A stretch of 64,000 bases of DNA from Candidatus Doudnabacteria bacterium (GTDB taxonomy: Bacteria > Patescibacteriota > Doudnabacteria > UBA920), in NCBI GenBank assembly GCA_023245995.1, contig JAHFJH010000003.1, forward strand, positions 1,585 through 65,584. Reading direction: 5' to 3'. The translations under genes and the position numbers were made by a program. Under the pieces are notes generated by a model, which was given only the letters and a program-made list of their open reading frames with translations, was not told the DNA's origin and did no database searches. Position 1 is the first letter of the stretch; every line of letters begins with the position of its first letter. Positions 18,227 through 27,249 of this stretch are shown here, piece by piece.

Positions 18227-20713
18227 ATGCCAAAAGTTGAAACACATAGCACACATCAACAAAAATCCAATACCCACAAACCCAAGGCCTTACCAAACAA
18301 AAGAAAAAAAGTAAGTCGTAATATAAAAACCGGCAACCTTTTTAGAAGTCTTTTGAAAGGTGTTATATTTGGTTTCGCTTTGGTCGCGTCTTTAATTGGT
18401 TTGGTGTTACTAACTTACCTACTTATTTATAAGCTAGTTTCTCCAGACATTCAAAGCTATTTACAAAGTCCTGGTAAACAGTCTACAAAACTTTACGCAA
18501 GCAATGGCACGCTACTCTACGAAATTTATAAAGACGAAAAACGAACTGACATACCCTTAAAAGATATGTCACCTCACTTTGTACGTGCCATGCTAGCAGC
18601 AGAAGACAGGGACTTCTACACACACCCAGGTTTCTCTGCTACATCTATTATTCGTGCAGCATTCCAAGACTTAGGCTCCCCTGAGCAACTTTCAGGTGGT
18701 AGTACCATAACACAACAGCTGGTAAAAAACTCCATTTTAACTAGACAGAAATCTTTTTACCGCAAAGTAGCAGAGGCAATATGGGCACGAGAGCTTGAGC
18801 GACATTTAAGCAAAGATGAAATTCTAACTCGCTATATTAACAGCACATCCTTTGGACGAAACAGCGCTGGCATTGAAGCAGCCAGTCTTTCGTACTTTGG
18901 CATTCACGCAAAAGACTTGGACGCTAGCCAAAGCGCATACCTTGCCGCCATGCCAAAAGCACCAAGTCTGCTTAGCCCAGGGGGTCCAAACAGAGAAACT
19001 CTAGACGCAAGACAACAATACATACTTTTTACCATGTACCAGCATGGAGACATAAACACTGAAGACTACAATAAAGCAAAAACAGAACAGGTGAATTTTA
19101 TACAACCGAACAATAGCATTATTGCGCCATACTTTACACTCTGGTTAAAAGGGCAAATAATTTCACAGTTCGGAGAAGAAAAAATATACGGTGGAGGCTT
19201 GAAAATATATACTACTCTTGACGCTAACTTGCAAAATTTGGCGGAACAAACTGTAAAAACATATGCCGCAAAAAATAAAAAATCTAATCGTGCTTCCAAT
19301 GCAGCGCTAGTCGCCATAAACCCAAAAACTGGTGGACTTCTGGCCATGGTTGGTGGTAAAGATTACTATGGAAAAAGCGAACCAGCCGGTTGCGTGCCAG
19401 GCAAAAATTGTTTGTTTGAACCTAACACGAACGTCGCCACTGCCCTACGCCAAGTTGGTAGTAGCTTTAAACCATATGTGTACGTAACTGCCTTTGGGCC
19501 AGACTTTAAATACACGCCTGCTACACTCGTCTCAGATATTTCTAAAAATTTTAGCGCACCAGGGGCTCCGGCGTACATACCGCATAACTACACAGGACAA
19601 CAATTTGGTCGTGTACCGGTGCGCAAGGCACTTGCCGGAAGCCTAAACATTGCTGCTGTGAATACGCTTGCACAAATAGGCATAGACCCTGTTATCCAAA
19701 ACTTACGCAACCTTGGCATAACCGCTCCTTTAAAAAATTGCGGTCTCGCGCTTGCTTTGGGTGGCTGTGAAATAAGCCTACTTGAACACACGGCGGGATT
19801 TGCCACCTTCGCAAATTTAGGCAAACGAAACACCGTCACGGGAATAGACCATATAGTAGACTCCAGCGGAAAAATTATTGTCCAAGATAATCCAGAAAAT
19901 AATCAAGTCATAAACGCTCAAGCAGCCTACGAACTGGTTAGCATAATGACAGACAACGACGCTAGAAGCTACATATTTGGTAAAAATAGTCCCCTGACTC
20001 TTGCAGACAGAAAAGTCGCAGCCAAAACTGGAACTACACAAAATTGGAAAGATGGTTTTACTGTAGGCTTTACGCCTTCACTCTCCGTGGGAGTATGGAC
20101 AGGAAATAACGACGGCACGCTTATGCGGGCAGGAGCAGATGGTGTAGTTACAGCCGCACCGCTCTGGCACGAGTTTATGACATCTGCTCTTGCCGGAACA
20201 GAACCAGAAGAATTTCCTGAACCAGATGGCATTACCAGACTTAAAATAAATCCTGCTACAGGTAAAGTTATAAAAACTGGTAATTCTGGTAAGTTGGAAG
20301 TTTTTGCTAGCTATGCCATTCCTTATAACGACTTCCAACTACCCGTAAAAGTTAAAAAGCCCACTGGTGTAGGAACTACTAAACCCAACTACAAAAACTT
20401 ACTAGCCAATGACGAAGAAGAAACTGTTGTTTTAGAACCATGGCAAAATGACATAGTTTTTAAGAGCCCGTTCGACGTGAAAGTATATACTGGCACAAGC
20501 AGTATAGAAACAAGTGTGGACTTGCTTTTAGACGGCAAGGTTATTGCTACAAAAACCGAAGCTCCATTTTTGTTTACTATTACAAACAAACTAACAAACG
20601 GCGCTCATACGCTAACAGCAAAAGCAACCCACTTCGGTTTACTGGAAAGCACAGACAGTGTAAACTTTAAAACATTTTTCAATCCCCCACCCGTGTCTCC
20701 TCGCGGGAAGTAG
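18227..20713 (+). CDS. class A penicillin-binding protein (PBP1A-like) with C-terminal Ig-like domain
   Basis: AEDRDFY, GGSTITQQL, GSSFKP (SxxK), SLN, KTGT. Confidence 0.96.
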   Translation: MPKVETHSTHQQKSNTHKPKALPNKRKKVSRNIKTGNLFRSLLKGVIFGFALVASLIGLVLLTYLLIYKLVSPDIQSYLQSPGKQSTKLYASNGTLLYEIYKDEKRTDIPLKDMSPHFVRAMLAAEDRDFYTHPGFSATSIIRAAFQDLGSPEQLSGGSTITQQLVKNSILTRQKSFYRKVAEAIWARELERHLSKDEILTRYINSTSFGRNSAGIEAASLSYFGIHAKDLDASQSAYLAAMPKAPSLLSPGGPNRETLDARQQYILFTMYQHGDINTEDYNKAKTEQVNFIQPNNSIIAPYFTLWLKGQIISQFGEEKIYGGGLKIYTTLDANLQNLAEQTVKTYAAKNKKSNRASNAALVAINPKTGGLLAMVGGKDYYGKSEPAGCVPGKNCLFEPNTNVATALRQVGSSFKPYVYVTAFGPDFKYTPATLVSDISKNFSAPGAPAYIPHNYTGQQFGRVPVRKALAGSLNIAAVNTLAQIGIDPVIQNLRNLGITAPLKNCGLALALGGCEISLLEHTAGFATFANLGKRNTVTGIDHIVDSSGKIIVQDNPENNQVINAQAAYELVSIMTDNDARSYIFGKNSPLTLADRKVAAKTGTTQNWKDGFTVGFTPSLSVGVWTGNNDGTLMRAGADGVVTAAPLWHEFMTSALAGTEPEEFPEPDGITRLKINPATGKVIKTGNSGKLEVFASYAIPYNDFQLPVKVKKPTGVGTTKPNYKNLLANDEEETVVLEPWQNDIVFKSPFDVKVYTGTSSIETSVDLLLDGKVIATKTEAPFLFTITNKLTNGAHTLTAKATHFGLLESTDSVNFKTFFNPPPVSPRGK

Positions 20714-20826
20714 CATAATACTTATAGGTCCTACAAGTCTTATATTCGCCCAGCCAATTTTACCAATGGAAAAGCGCGCAGATCATAAACCTGCGCGCTT
20801 CGTTGGCATCTCATTAATTCAAATCA

Positions 20827-21597
20827 CTACTGATAGTGGGCTTGGAATCCGTATAATTTGGCTACATGATTCCATTCCACGTGGTATTTTCGAAGCACCT
20901 GCTGAACCTGTGGGTCCGGGTGTTCCAACCAGTTGTACCAGATGGCATTGTAACTGCCACTGTCAGCACGATTAGGATTCACAAACACTGCAGTCTCGCC
21001 CAGATGCAAGGTTAAATCCTGATAGTTGCGTTCACGGAGCAGACGCGCCACTTCGGCGTCGAGGCTTACCGCAAGCGCTGCCGTTATTTCTTTGACGGCT
21101 GTGATGGCCTGCGCGTTGTCTGGGTTTACAGTAAGCTCAGTTTGATAACCAGCATTTACCAAAAACCCATTTCGAGACTCATGCACAGTGTCAGCCCGTA
21201 CCATAATGGTGCGGGGCTGCCAATACACACCCACTTTGAGCGGGTTGAGCCATTCACCTCCTTGTTCACTAATTACTCGGCCGCTATCCACAACCCACCA
21301 GCCATTAGCCCAACCAGAAAATCGGCACACACCTGCAAACGCTACGATGTTCAGTAATACCAATGGCAGCAGCCAACGCTGAGGGTCGACAGGATACCCA
21401 AACACCCGAACCGAAGAAACAATGAACAGCACCGCACCCACTACAAGCCCTAAGAGAAACCCGAACGAAGCATTCTCGTTGTTCATGCTACTGCCACGCA
21501 CGAACAGCGCGATCGCGAGTAATGCCAAACAGGTGTTAATAGTCCAGCCAGCAGCCCTAAGGACCGATGGCCAACGAACTGCGATTTGATGAGTCAT
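20827..21597 (-). CDS. hypothetical membrane protein
   Basis: AAGGAGGAG SD before ATG 21597; N-terminal TMs; hairpin ~20769-20803 downstream. Confidence 0.7.
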   Translation of the reverse strand: MTHQIAVRWPSVLRAAGWTINTCLALLAIALFVRGSSMNNENASFGFLLGLVVGAVLFIVSSVRVFGYPVDPQRWLLPLVLLNIVAFAGVCRFSGWANGWWVVDSGRVISEQGGEWLNPLKVGVYWQPRTIMVRADTVHESRNGFLVNAGYQTELTVNPDNAQAITAVKEITAALAVSLDAEVARLLRERNYQDLTLHLGETAVFVNPNRADSGSYNAIWYNWLEHPDPQVQQVLRKYHVEWNHVAKLYGFQAHYQ

Positions 21598-21819
21598 CTT
21601 CTCCTCCTTGATTGAGAGATGAGAACAATTTTTGCCATGCACCCACACGCTTGCGCGGCAGGCACGTTAAACTTATGACTAATTAAACATGTTTTTCACC
21701 CATCTGTCAAGGCATGTTTATCAAAAGCCCTTTATTCTGATCAGGATTTTAATTTCCCATTACTGCACTTAATATGTCTAAACCTCTTCGCATTTGCAAC
21801 TTGATTTACATAAATATTA

Positions 21820-22869
21820 TTAATGCGACAACGGAGAAGTCCAAACAACTGCGTTCGGATTGGTTCTGGAAATAAGCCCTATCCAAATTTGCCCTGGGTT
21901 TAGGACAACAATATTTCCCTGCGCGTCAAAATACTTTGCCAATTCTCCTTGGTTACGTTTCCACGTACCTTGAACAACGCCACCATTTCTAAAAATAAAG
22001 GCCTTTCCGGAACCATTTGTACGTATGCTCATACGACCCTTCTCGTCTCCCGGAATTTCTGCAACATCTGTAAGCTGGACAATTACGGTTGTAGGACTAA
22101 GTTGTTTTTTATTTTCAGCGTCAATATCCATTTCTCCGGCTAAAAACCGCGAATATGTTTTTGCAATAACATCATATTTAAATTCAACTTTATAACTTTC
22201 GGTAGAAAAATTCAGCGTAATTTTATTTGCTACCTGCGAAGATTGTTCAGTCACACTTGAAAATGCAAATGGCGTTGAGTCTAATGTTCTAGGTAAGTCG
22301 TGATCTGATAAATATTTTAGTAGCTTGTCTGTTGAGGTGTATACATTGTGCGGTGCTGCTCGTTGCAATACGCGTTCAAAAGTTGAGTCATTGTAAAACT
22401 GATTTACGTCTACAAGATGTGGAAATGCTTTTGCTTTTAATTTCGCAATAACTTCTGGACTCCCCCCAACATGGGCGTATAACGCACCGTAAGAGTCAGC
22501 AATCTCTGCGTAATACTCGCGAGCAGAACGAACAGGACCTATGTTTGGGCTATCTTTTTGGAACAAAGCTAGATAGCGAGTAATTCCACCCTCAGCTGCC
22601 ATTTCGTAAACTACTTCTGCGTTAGAAAGGCCACTTTGTGGACGCGCATCAGGGTGATTCTCTACCATAACCGCTAAAGGACGTCGGTGGGCAATTTCAG
22701 GCTTTGCCAAAATTCCGTTTAGAGTAGCTAGTTGTGTCTGTGTTGCCTCTTGTTGTGTTGGTTTTCTGACTGGCTCTGCGCTAGGCAAAAAACGCCATAC
22801 TAAAAGTCCAATTGCGATAAATAAAAAAACAACACCTGAAATTACCCATTTTTTAGATGAACTTTGCAT
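21820..22869 (-). CDS. DUF3048/YerB-like exported protein
   Basis: RPLAVMVENHPDARPQSGL, EGGITR, GPVRSAR, APHNVY. Confidence 0.9.
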   Translation of the reverse strand: MQSSSKKWVISGVVFLFIAIGLLVWRFLPSAEPVRKPTQQEATQTQLATLNGILAKPEIAHRRPLAVMVENHPDARPQSGLSNAEVVYEMAAEGGITRYLALFQKDSPNIGPVRSAREYYAEIADSYGALYAHVGGSPEVIAKLKAKAFPHLVDVNQFYNDSTFERVLQRAAPHNVYTSTDKLLKYLSDHDLPRTLDSTPFAFSSVTEQSSQVANKITLNFSTESYKVEFKYDVIAKTYSRFLAGEMDIDAENKKQLSPTTVIVQLTDVAEIPGDEKGRMSIRTNGSGKAFIFRNGGVVQGTWKRNQGELAKYFDAQGNIVVLNPGQIWIGLISRTNPNAVVWTSPLSH

Positions 22870-22880
22870 AAGCCTAATTG

Positions 22881-23711
22881 CTATTTATTATTCGAGTCGT
22901 CTTTGTGTTGCGCCGGCAAGACTGAGACGCTAAAATTCTCGCTCGCAGTAATTGCAGTGTTTATTTCTTTATACCTAGCTATGGCAGTGCTAGCGGTTAT
23001 GTAGCCGTCTACATAAAAATCTTTTCCTACATAGTTCTGTGCTGTAGTATAAAGCTCGGTTGTCGCGGCAAGTGCGTCGGTTAAGGTTGCATACTGCTCT
23101 GGCCGAAGCATATTCTGTGCGTCGGTTAAAGCCTGTCTTGTAATTTTGTTAGTTTGGTCAAGTAAACTTATCTTTCCGTCTATGCCTTTTACTAAATTTT
23201 GTTGTTGATAGGCGTCTCGGAACTGCTTGTCTATGTCGCTACGAAATTGCTCAAAAGCACTGAGATTGTTTTGCATAAACATAATGTCTAATCCCGATCT
23301 TGTCGTGTCATTGTCTATAAGCGCCTTTAACACTTGCTTGTGTATGCTAGTAATAGAGACGCTATTTGCAGCCAAAGTATCTGCCGACTTATAGTCTCCA
23401 CTGCGTGTGTCGGAAATTATTGTAGCTATAACTCTACCAACGGTTATATCTAGAGCTACTCTAGCAGATTTTTCCTCAGCACTGTTTTTACTAAACCAAG
23501 CACTTTCAATTTCTGCGTACCTCTGGTCTAGTTGGCGCGCCAAAGTTTCTGCTCGTGCGGGACCAGTTATATTTACCCATACCCATACCGGCTCGTTTAT
23601 TTTGGTTTCTAAACCGTACAAAAAACCAGATGGCCTTGCTTGAATAGCAAGCGGGATACTTACCACATAAGCCAAAACAAGCAAAAGAAAAATTATTTTT
23701 ATGTATTTCAT
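22881..23711 (-). CDS. hypothetical exported helical protein (DUF5667-like start)
   Basis: Signal/TM then ARPSGFLYGLE. Confidence 0.6.
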   Translation of the reverse strand: MKYIKIIFLLLVLAYVVSIPLAIQARPSGFLYGLETKINEPVWVWVNITGPARAETLARQLDQRYAEIESAWFSKNSAEEKSARVALDITVGRVIATIISDTRSGDYKSADTLAANSVSITSIHKQVLKALIDNDTTRSGLDIMFMQNNLSAFEQFRSDIDKQFRDAYQQQNLVKGIDGKISLLDQTNKITRQALTDAQNMLRPEQYATLTDALAATTELYTTAQNYVGKDFYVDGYITASTAIARYKEINTAITASENFSVSVLPAQHKDDSNNK

Positions 23712-23781
23712 ACGACGATTTTTATTTTATTGGATGTATTTTATTAAAATAAATTTATATAAAACAGTCAACAAATAAATT

Positions 23782-23906
23782 TGGTCAGGATACTGGGAAT
23801 TGAACCCAGTCTACACCCACCCCACGTGTCCGCCATAGCTTTAGCGAAGGCGGATGGGCGCGTACCCGCCTCCTCGGCGGGCTGCCGATGAGGCAGCTAC
23901 CACTAC
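23782..23906 (-). pseudogene. tRNA-Pro(GGG)-like copy with two hairpin insertions and no 5' acceptor strand
   Basis: GTAGTGGTAG[32 nt]TACGCGCCCAT[30 nt]GGGGTGGGTGTAGACTGGGTTCAATTCCCAGTATCCTGACCA; T-arm and CCA intact. Confidence 0.8.
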
Positions 23907-23922
23907 TTTAATAAATAAGCTC

Positions 23923-23996
23923 TGGTCGGGGTACCAGGAATCGAACCGGGACTACAAGACCCCCAGCCTTGCGTACTACCACTATACTATACCCCG
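23923..23996 (-). tRNA. tRNA-Pro(GGG)
   Basis: CGGGGTA...CAAGG-CT-GGG-GG-TCTTG...GGTTCGATTCC...TACCCCGACCA. Confidence 0.95.
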
Positions 23997-24004
23997 TCCC
24001 AAGC

Positions 24005-24279
24005 TCACCTACTAGTTCTATTTTTAAAATAACTTTCTAGTTTCTGCCTTAGCACTTCTCTCCCATATCCTGTTTTGAAAAACTTCTCTGCTTTTAAAGC
24101 ATCACGCTTTTCTATATACGCTTCATAAAATACCAGTTTAAACGGTCCATTCTTGGCTGTATATTTACCACCACGTTACCATTATGTTCTTTAAACCTTC
24201 TCCTTAGATCATCAGTACTGCCATAATATAGTTTATGATTACCAATAGATTCCAAAATGTAGGCATACCACATATACAT
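24005..24279 (-). pseudogene. GIY-YIG endonuclease (YhbQ/UPF0213-like), frameshifted
   Basis: MWYAYILES...LYYGSTDDLRRRFKEHNG, then a 1-nt shift near 24176, then RGGKYTAKNGPFKLVFYEAY...AEKFFKTGYGR; absent from the ORF track. Confidence 0.85.
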
Positions 24280-24287
24280 TCAACACT

Positions 24288-24322
24288 GCACCGTCTTTTT
24301 GGTGAACCGCCGATGAGGTGAC
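24288..24322 (-). repeat. decayed family A element directly upstream of the GIY-YIG gene
   Basis: gcaccgtctttttggtgaaccgccgatgaggtgac vs gtacccgcctcttcggcgggtcgccgatgaggcgac. Confidence 0.65.
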
Positions 24323-24346
24323 TAATTACTCTTTGCTTGCTAACAA

Positions 24347-25372
24347 CTACACCGTAAAGTAGGGCATGTCGTTTGAGCTGTCCGTTGAAGTATTAAGTGC
24401 TTCTTTGTGCTCAGCCATCTTTTCTATTATATCCTGCAGTTCTTCGTCGCTGAAAAATTCTATTGTTATTTTTCCACCCTTACCCTGACGTTGAACCTTT
24501 ACTTGTGTGCCCAAACGAGTCCTAAGCTCTGACTCTATGGCCATGAGTTTTGGATCTGGAGCTGCAGCGTCCATTTGTCGTTTTAGTGAAAGCTCACGAG
24601 CTTTAGCTTCTACCTGACGCACATTTAAATTTTGGTCAATAATTGCTTTAAATAAAGCTAACTGTTTTTCCGGTTCACTTACCCCAAGTATTGCGCGTGC
24701 ATGCCCTTCGGTAATTCTACCGTCAATAACTGCCCGCTGAACTTCCACTGGCAAATTTAATAAACGAAGGGTATTGGTCACAGCTGGCCGGCTTTTGCCA
24801 ACCTTCTGCGCCACTTGATCTTGAGTTAAATTAAAAGTTTTAATTAAACGGTCGTAAGCCCGCGCTTCTTCTATAGCGTTAAGTTCCCTGCGTTGAATAT
24901 TTTCAATTAATGCTACCTCTAGTTTAGTTTGGTCTTCTAAACTTTGTTTTACAATTGCAGGAACGCGCAAAAGCCCAGCCAAAATAGAAGCACGAAACCT
25001 GCGCTCCCCTACTACTAACTCATAACCCGCAGATGTTTTAGTAACTACAATTGGTTGAATAACTCCATACTCTTTTATGGAGGCAGCAAGCTCTTTTAGA
25101 CCCTCTGGGTCAAAAATTTTTCTTGGTTGAAAAGGATTTGGAACAATCTTTGTAACTTCTATTTCTTCTATTTGCGCATCTTGATAGGAAACTCGTTCAT
25201 TTACAGTATCTGGTATATTTAAAGGTTCGAACACTTCAGTCGGAGCGGCAACAGTAGCAACCTGTGGCACTGGTGCCATGTAACCTAAAATAGATGAAAA
25301 CACATCATCGTCCAATACTGGTTCAGTGTATAAATTGTTGTTTGTAGTTTGTGTTGTTATACCGTCTAACAT
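24347..25372 (-). CDS. parB: ParB/Spo0J chromosome partitioning protein
   Basis: PNPFQPRK, GERRFRA, ALIENIQR, HTH GKSRPAVTNTLRLL; start moved to ATG 25372 because the upstream part overlaps tRNA-Leu. Confidence 0.93.
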   Translation of the reverse strand: MLDGITTQTTNNNLYTEPVLDDDVFSSILGYMAPVPQVATVAAPTEVFEPLNIPDTVNERVSYQDAQIEEIEVTKIVPNPFQPRKIFDPEGLKELAASIKEYGVIQPIVVTKTSAGYELVVGERRFRASILAGLLRVPAIVKQSLEDQTKLEVALIENIQRRELNAIEEARAYDRLIKTFNLTQDQVAQKVGKSRPAVTNTLRLLNLPVEVQRAVIDGRITEGHARAILGVSEPEKQLALFKAIIDQNLNVRQVEAKARELSLKRQMDAAAPDPKLMAIESELRTRLGTQVKVQRQGKGGKITIEFFSDEELQDIIEKMAEHKEALNTSTDSSNDMPYFTV

Positions 25373-25417
25373 ATTTGAAAACTGCTGGATACTACTCCAG
25401 CAAATAAAAGATAATTT

Positions 25418-25502
25418 TGGTGCCGGTGGTGGGAGTCGAACCCACACATCTTTCGATACACGATTTTGAGTCGTGCGCGTCTGCCAGTTCCGCCACACCG
25501 GC
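25418..25502 (-). tRNA. tRNA-Leu(CAA)
   Basis: GCCGGTG...CACGA-CT-CAA-AA-TCGTG, long variable arm, GGTTCGACTCC, CCA. Confidence 0.96.
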
Positions 25503-25563
25503 CTTTCTATTTCAAAAAGCCCTCATATTTTAGCAGACTGGCTTCTAGGTGGCAAACAAGAAT

Positions 25564-26103
25564 CTAATGAATAAAACTCGTTATAAAACCAAAAACTCCT
25601 AAAATACTTAGGCCAAATAACACTATGTAGGCTATGGCTATTCCGCCAATCATGTCCGCAACATAGTGGTACCCAAGAGCTACCCTACTTGCACTTGCCA
25701 AAATTAAAATAATAAAACTTATAACCCCAGCCGCTGGCAAATAAGCAAACAACAGCATACTAATAATTGCGAGGGATGTTATGTGGCCAGAAGGAAATGA
25801 GTCGCGCCGCTTTTCTATATCGGAGAAAAGTCCTTCTCCAGCAACTGGAATAAACTTGTATTTTTGATACGGCCTTGGAACGGGAAATAAAAATGAGACC
25901 GTTTGTACTAGTATGCCCCAACCTACAATAAGTGATAGGCCTATGCTTACCATAAGCTGTCGCCCAAGAGGAGTCCATGCAAGCACCAGTGGCAAACAAA
26001 CATAAGCGTAAATTACGCGCATGGCAAAGAAATCCGCGCTCTTGCGCCACCACGTATGTTGGCTAAAAAAAGTTTGTAATTGTATGTATTGGTTTTTATG
26101 CAC
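25564..26103 (-). CDS. PAP2-family phosphatase
   Basis: PRPY, SFPSGH, SRVALGYHYVAD. Confidence 0.92.
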   Translation of the reverse strand: MHKNQYIQLQTFFSQHTWWRKSADFFAMRVIYAYVCLPLVLAWTPLGRQLMVSIGLSLIVGWGILVQTVSFLFPVPRPYQKYKFIPVAGEGLFSDIEKRRDSFPSGHITSLAIISMLLFAYLPAAGVISFIILILASASRVALGYHYVADMIGGIAIAYIVLFGLSILGVFGFITSFIH

Positions 26104-26106
26104 AAG

Positions 26107-26910
26107 TTACCTACGCACTAAATATACTACGGCAATTAAAATTGCAAACGCAACTCGGTACCATACAAATAAAGTAAAATCTTTTTTTGCGAGCAAGCGC
26201 AGTAAGAATCTGATAGATAAAAAGCCAAACACCGCAGCGGTAATAAACCCAATCAAAAGCTCCGGCGTAGTTACTCCGTCGTGAAAGTGTTTTATCTTTA
26301 TAAGACCCGCACCAAAAATAATAGGTATGGACATTAGAAAAGAAAACCTTGCTGAGTCTGCCCGCTTAAAACCCAACAAAAGTCCAGTTGTCATAGTGCT
26401 TCCACTTCTAGACATCCCAGGAATAATGGCCAAAGCCTGACTACAACCTATTAAAAATGCGTGTATGGGTTTAATGTGGTCGAGATTATGAAGCTTTTTA
26501 CTAAAATAATCTACCAACCATAAAATAATTCCAAAACTAAACATGGTTATTGCAATAAGTGGTGGACTGCGAAAAGCATCTTCTGCTTTTTGTTCTAAAA
26601 GTTTGCCAATAATTGCCCCAGGGATAGATGCAATAATTAACAACCAAGAAAGCTTTTGATAGATGTTGCTTTGAAAATCACGTGTGGACTTAAATAACGA
26701 ATGCCAAAAACCTTTCGCGAGTAACCATATGTCATTTCTAAAATATGCAAGCACCGCGAGTAATGTGCCCCAGTGAAGCGCCACATCAAACCCAAGACCT
26801 GGATCCGGCCAACCAAACAGCCATGGAGTGATTATTAAATGCGCCGAACTCGATATCGGTAAAAACTCCCCAAGCCCCTGAACTAAACCTAAAACAAACG
26901 CGTGGAACAT
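26107..26910 (-). CDS. uppP: undecaprenyl-diphosphatase
   Basis: VQGLGEFLPISSSAH, PGMSRSG, ARFSFL. Confidence 0.96.
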   Translation of the reverse strand: MFHAFVLGLVQGLGEFLPISSSAHLIITPWLFGWPDPGLGFDVALHWGTLLAVLAYFRNDIWLLAKGFWHSLFKSTRDFQSNIYQKLSWLLIIASIPGAIIGKLLEQKAEDAFRSPPLIAITMFSFGIILWLVDYFSKKLHNLDHIKPIHAFLIGCSQALAIIPGMSRSGSTMTTGLLLGFKRADSARFSFLMSIPIIFGAGLIKIKHFHDGVTTPELLIGFITAAVFGFLSIRFLLRLLAKKDFTLFVWYRVAFAILIAVVYLVRR

Positions 26911-26929
26911 AATAAAATTATATTTAAAA

Positions 26930-27199
26930 TTAACTTAAAAATGCGAGCGCAGGAAACGCTACGATTATTAGTACATTAAGTAAAACCCACAGCCAAGATG
27001 TTAAGTTATTACGAGCTGACCAAAAAGAAAGCAAGAACATAAACAATCCTATTGGCACAGTCAGGTAACTTGCAATAAACCAAGGCAACCCGAAAGCATT
27101 TATAAAAGGCCAATATCCTATCGTAAATATAACCATAATTACAAATACAAAAGAAGTGGCTATACGCACTAACCATTGAACTATTTTATTTTTATCCAT
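26930..27199 (-). CDS. small membrane protein
   Basis: Three TMs from ATG 27199. Confidence 0.6.
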   Translation of the reverse strand: MDKNKIVQWLVRIATSFVFVIMVIFTIGYWPFINAFGLPWFIASYLTVPIGLFMFLLSFWSARNNLTSWLWVLLNVLIIVAFPALAFLS

Positions 27200-27249
27200 T
27201 TTTATTATTCCGTACGCCAGAGACTTCACTGAGCGCCTAGGCGTGTTAA

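Noticed and set aside
23829-23854. Group I intron in the tRNA-Pro anticodon loop
   Set aside because: Only 30 nt with no catalytic core; it is a member of repeat family B
24065-24072. CAGGATAT as a displaced 5' acceptor strand for a split tRNA-Pro
   Set aside because: Lies in the GIY-YIG coding motif TGYG and is not followed by D-arm sequence; chance match
25373-25498. N-terminal extension of ParB in the ORF track (MWRNWQTRTTQNRV...)
   Set aside because: It is the translation of tRNA-Leu(CAA) and its trailer; the real start is ATG 25372
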